This document shows positions 61,568 to 64,000 of a stretch of 64,000 nucleotides of DNA, piece after piece. Within the stretch, counting starts at the first letter, position 1. Every line of letters begins with the position of its first letter. The stretch lies in the NCBI GenBank assembly GCA_030538425.1, contig JAUNTZ010000001.1, positions 55,454 to 119,453 of the forward strand. The letters run 5' to 3'. Source of the DNA: Paracoccus sp. (in: a-proteobacteria) (GTDB lineage: Bacteria > Pseudomonadota > Alphaproteobacteria > Rhodobacterales > Rhodobacteraceae). The notes below the pieces were generated by a model that ran no database searches, was not told the origin of the DNA, and worked only from the letters and a program-made list of their open reading frames with translations. The position numbers and the translations under genes were made by a program.

Positions 61568-61746
61568 GGCGGGCCTCGTGAGTGATGTTGCCGCTCATTG
61601 CCACGGGCGCGCGCCAAGGGGAAGGGGGCGGCGCAAGGGCCGGTGCGCGCCTGCGACGTTGCGTCACACGACCTCGCGTCACCCTTGCCCGAATCGCCCA
61701 TCTGCGGCCCGTATGAACATAACGGTTCAGGGGAGGAGAAACCGCT

Positions 61747-62133
61747 ATGTTCAAGAAAATCGCCATGGCTGCGGGCTTTGTGCTGTTGGCCGGGGCCGCC
61801 TCGGCAGACCCGATCGAGGGCACCTGGCAGACCCAGCCCGATGAGGGCAGCTTTGCCTATGTGCGCATCGCGCCCTGCGGCGGCGCCTATTGCGGCACGA
61901 TCACCCGCACCTTTCAGGGCACAAGCGAATATCAGTCCGAGAATATCGGGTTGCAAATCGTGATCGACATGGCCCCGCAGGGCGGCGGCAATTACCGTGG
62001 CCGCGTGCTGCGCCCCGCCGACCGCAAGGTCTATAATGGCCGGGCCGAGGTCTCGGGCAACCGGATGAGCCTGTCGGGCTGTGTCGCGGGCGGGCTGATC
62101 TGCCGCAGCCAGACCTGGGCGCGGATCAACTGA
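61747..62133 (+). CDS. DUF2147 domain protein
   Basis: Signal peptide; GTWQT, IAPCG..YCG, GCVAGGLICRSQTW. Confidence 0.88.
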   Translation: MFKKIAMAAGFVLLAGAASADPIEGTWQTQPDEGSFAYVRIAPCGGAYCGTITRTFQGTSEYQSENIGLQIVIDMAPQGGGNYRGRVLRPADRKVYNGRAEVSGNRMSLSGCVAGGLICRSQTWARIN

Positions 62134-62145
62134 CGATCAAGCGAG

Positions 62146-62174
62146 AAATGCGCGGCCAAACTGCCGCGCATTTT
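62146..62174. terminator. Bidirectional hairpin between convergent DUF2147 and hisH
   Basis: AAATGCGCGGC-CAAACT-GCCGCGCATTTT. Confidence 0.7.
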
Positions 62175-62215
62175 GCATTGCGCTCGCGATAGGCGGGTGA
62201 GGCGTTACACCCCGC

Positions 62216-62851
62216 TCAGGGCCGCCATTTCAGGAAATTGCCGATCAGCCGCAAGCCGACGGCCTGCGATTTCTCGGGGTGAAACTGGGTGCCGATGATA
62301 TTGTCGCGCCCGACAATCGCCGTGACCGGCCCGCCATAATCGGTCTGGGCCAGCAGATGCGCGGGATCGGTCACGCGAAACTGCCAGCTATGGACGAAAT
62401 AGGCGTGATCGCCGGAGGAGAGCCCCTCCAGCACCGGATGCGGGCGGGTCAGGATCAGGTCGTTCCAGCCCATATGCGGCACCTTGAGCGCAGGGTCGGC
62501 GGGCCGGATCGCCTCAATCTCACCGCCGATCCAGCCAAGGCCGGGGGTCTCGCGATATTCATGGCCGATATCGGCCAACATCTGCATGCCGACGCAGATC
62601 CCCAGAAAGGGCACGCCCCGGTGCAGAACCGCCTGGGTCAGCGCCTCGGTCAGGCCCGGCACCGCGTCGAAGGCCGCGCGGCAGGCCGGAAAGGCCCCGT
62701 CGCCGGGCAGCACGATCCGGTCGGCGCGGGCCAGCGCGTCGGGGTCCGCAGTGACGATGACCGTCGCGCCCACATCCCGCCCCGCAAGCGCAAGCGCCTT
62801 TTCGGCGGAATGAAGATTGCCGCTGTCGTAATCGACCAGAACCACCCGCAT
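62216..62851 (-). CDS. hisH: Imidazole glycerol phosphate synthase glutaminase subunit
   Basis: DYDSGNL, LGICVGMQ, VPHMGWN, QFHPEKS. Confidence 0.97.
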   Translation of the reverse strand: MRVVLVDYDSGNLHSAEKALALAGRDVGATVIVTADPDALARADRIVLPGDGAFPACRAAFDAVPGLTEALTQAVLHRGVPFLGICVGMQMLADIGHEYRETPGLGWIGGEIEAIRPADPALKVPHMGWNDLILTRPHPVLEGLSSGDHAYFVHSWQFRVTDPAHLLAQTDYGGPVTAIVGRDNIIGTQFHPEKSQAVGLRLIGNFLKWRP

Positions 62852-63438
62852 CAAAGCGCGCCCTTGGTCGAGGGCAGGGCATTACCCAGACGCGGGTCCG
62901 GCTCAACCGCTTCGCGCAGCGCACGCGCCACGGATTTGAAGGCGGCCTCGGCGATGTGGTGGTTGTTGATGCCGTGGATCTGATCGACATGCAGCGTCAT
63001 GCCCGAATGGGTCGAGAGCGCCTGAAAGAACTCTCGCACCAGTTCGGTGTCGAAACTGCCGATCTTGGGTGCGGTGAAATTGAGGTTCCAGACCAGAAAG
63101 GGCCGCCCCGACAGATCAAGCGCGGCGCGGATCAGCGCCTCGTCCATGGCCAGATGGAACGCGCCATAGCGCCGGATGCCGCGCTTGTCGCCCAAAGCCT
63201 GCGCGATGGCCTGACCAAGCGCGATGCCGGTATCCTCAACCGTGTGGTGATCGTCGATATGCAGGTCGCCCTTGGCGCGGATCGTCAGATCAATCAGCGA
63301 ATGACGCGCCAGCTGGTCCAGCATGTGATCGAAAAATCCCACGCCGGTGTCATTTTCATAAACCCCGGTGCCGTCCAGATTGACACTGACCGAAATATCG
63401 GTTTCGGCAGTTTTGCGGGTGATCGTGGCCTTGCGCAT
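62851..63438 (-). CDS. hisB: Imidazoleglycerol-phosphate dehydratase
   Basis: [22 protein letters not shown]. Confidence 0.97.
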   Translation of the reverse strand: MRKATITRKTAETDISVSVNLDGTGVYENDTGVGFFDHMLDQLARHSLIDLTIRAKGDLHIDDHHTVEDTGIALGQAIAQALGDKRGIRRYGAFHLAMDEALIRAALDLSGRPFLVWNLNFTAPKIGSFDTELVREFFQALSTHSGMTLHVDQIHGINNHHIAEAAFKSVARALREAVEPDPRLGNALPSTKGAL

Positions 63439-63649
63439 CTTGCTATCCTGCTGGCGAAAACTGGGGCTTTATAAGCGCCTGAGCCCAGTATGAAAAGCGG
63501 CATGGATGGCGCAATGCACAGTCCCGCCAGCGAAAGTGACGTTGCGTCAACTGCAACCTATTAACAATTCTCGCGTTTGATCACGCCTTCGCGAGGCCCT
63601 TCCTGGCTTGGCGCGGCCTTTTCACAATGACCAGAATGTTAGGGAACTG

Positions 63650-64000
63650 ATGTCAGACCAGACTGATACAGAACAGGAAAATGCCGAGGCCTTGCCAGAG
63701 CCCGAGGGTCCAACCGAGATCATCGAGACCGATTATGAGATCGGGCAGGACAATATCGAAGACCGCGACGCGCCGGTGCCCTACGATATTCACAACTCGG
63801 TTTTCGGGATCTCGGCCGCGACGATCCTGATTTTCACCGTGCTGACAATGGCCTTCCCCGCGCAGGCCGAGCCGATCTTTCTGGCCATGCGCAACTGGCT
63901 GACCGGCAATCTGGACTGGCTGTTCCTGATGGCGGGCAATGTCTTTGTGCTGCTCTGCATCGGGCTGATCGTCTCGCCTCTGGGCAATGTGCGGCTGGGC
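63650..64000 (+). CDS. BCCT family transporter, N-terminal part (runs off window)
   Basis: My translation from ATG 63650: ...TDYEIGQDN...DIHNSVFGISA...DWLFLMAGNVF...SPLGNVRLG. Confidence 0.85.
   Translation, partial: MSDQTDTEQENAEALPEPEGPTEIIETDYEIGQDNIEDRDAPVPYDIHNSVFGISAATILIFTVLTMAFPAQAEPIFLAMRNWLTGNLDWLFLMAGNVFVLLCIGLIVSPLGNVRLG

Noticed and set aside
1-64000. CRISPR array, rRNA, retron or riboswitch
   Set aside because: No regularly spaced repeats, rRNA-like sequence, reverse transcriptase or recognisable riboswitch seen by eye; a covariance-model search was not possible

Overview
High-GC alphaproteobacterial chromosome segment, probably Paracoccus-like (phaZ-phaC-phaP-phaR order, accBC-aat, his genes). 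(1) 1-14250: a decayed genomic island abutting the 3' end of tRNA-Ser(GGA). Its mobility genes (AlpA, HTH replication protein, DUF2924, large serine recombinase, IS5) are all broken. Its cargo is a DUF4011-type helicase gene running off the left edge and an intact four-gene operon (73-aa protein, GHKL-type ATPase, 278-aa unknown, DUF6339-like protein) facing an intact C5-cytosine methyltransferase and a broken Vsr. This operon is the best candidate for an undescribed restriction/anti-phage system. (2) 14380-23075: core PHA locus, whose PhaC has a long Ala/Lys/Pro-rich N-terminal arm, then lrp/lysE, tgt and an HI0933 flavoprotein. (3) From tRNA-Gln (23170) to about 52500: a second accessory stretch with a type III R-M pair, an orphan membrane protein, a glcC-glcDEF-glcB-glcG glycolate cluster, IS6 and inositol monophosphatase relics, two Pho-box-preceded ABC operons and a TRAP transporter. 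(4) 52550-64000: core genes (dusA, aroA, aat, accCB, hisEFAHB, BCCT transporter). No CRISPR array or rRNA was seen. All calls come from reading motifs by eye; no database searches were run.
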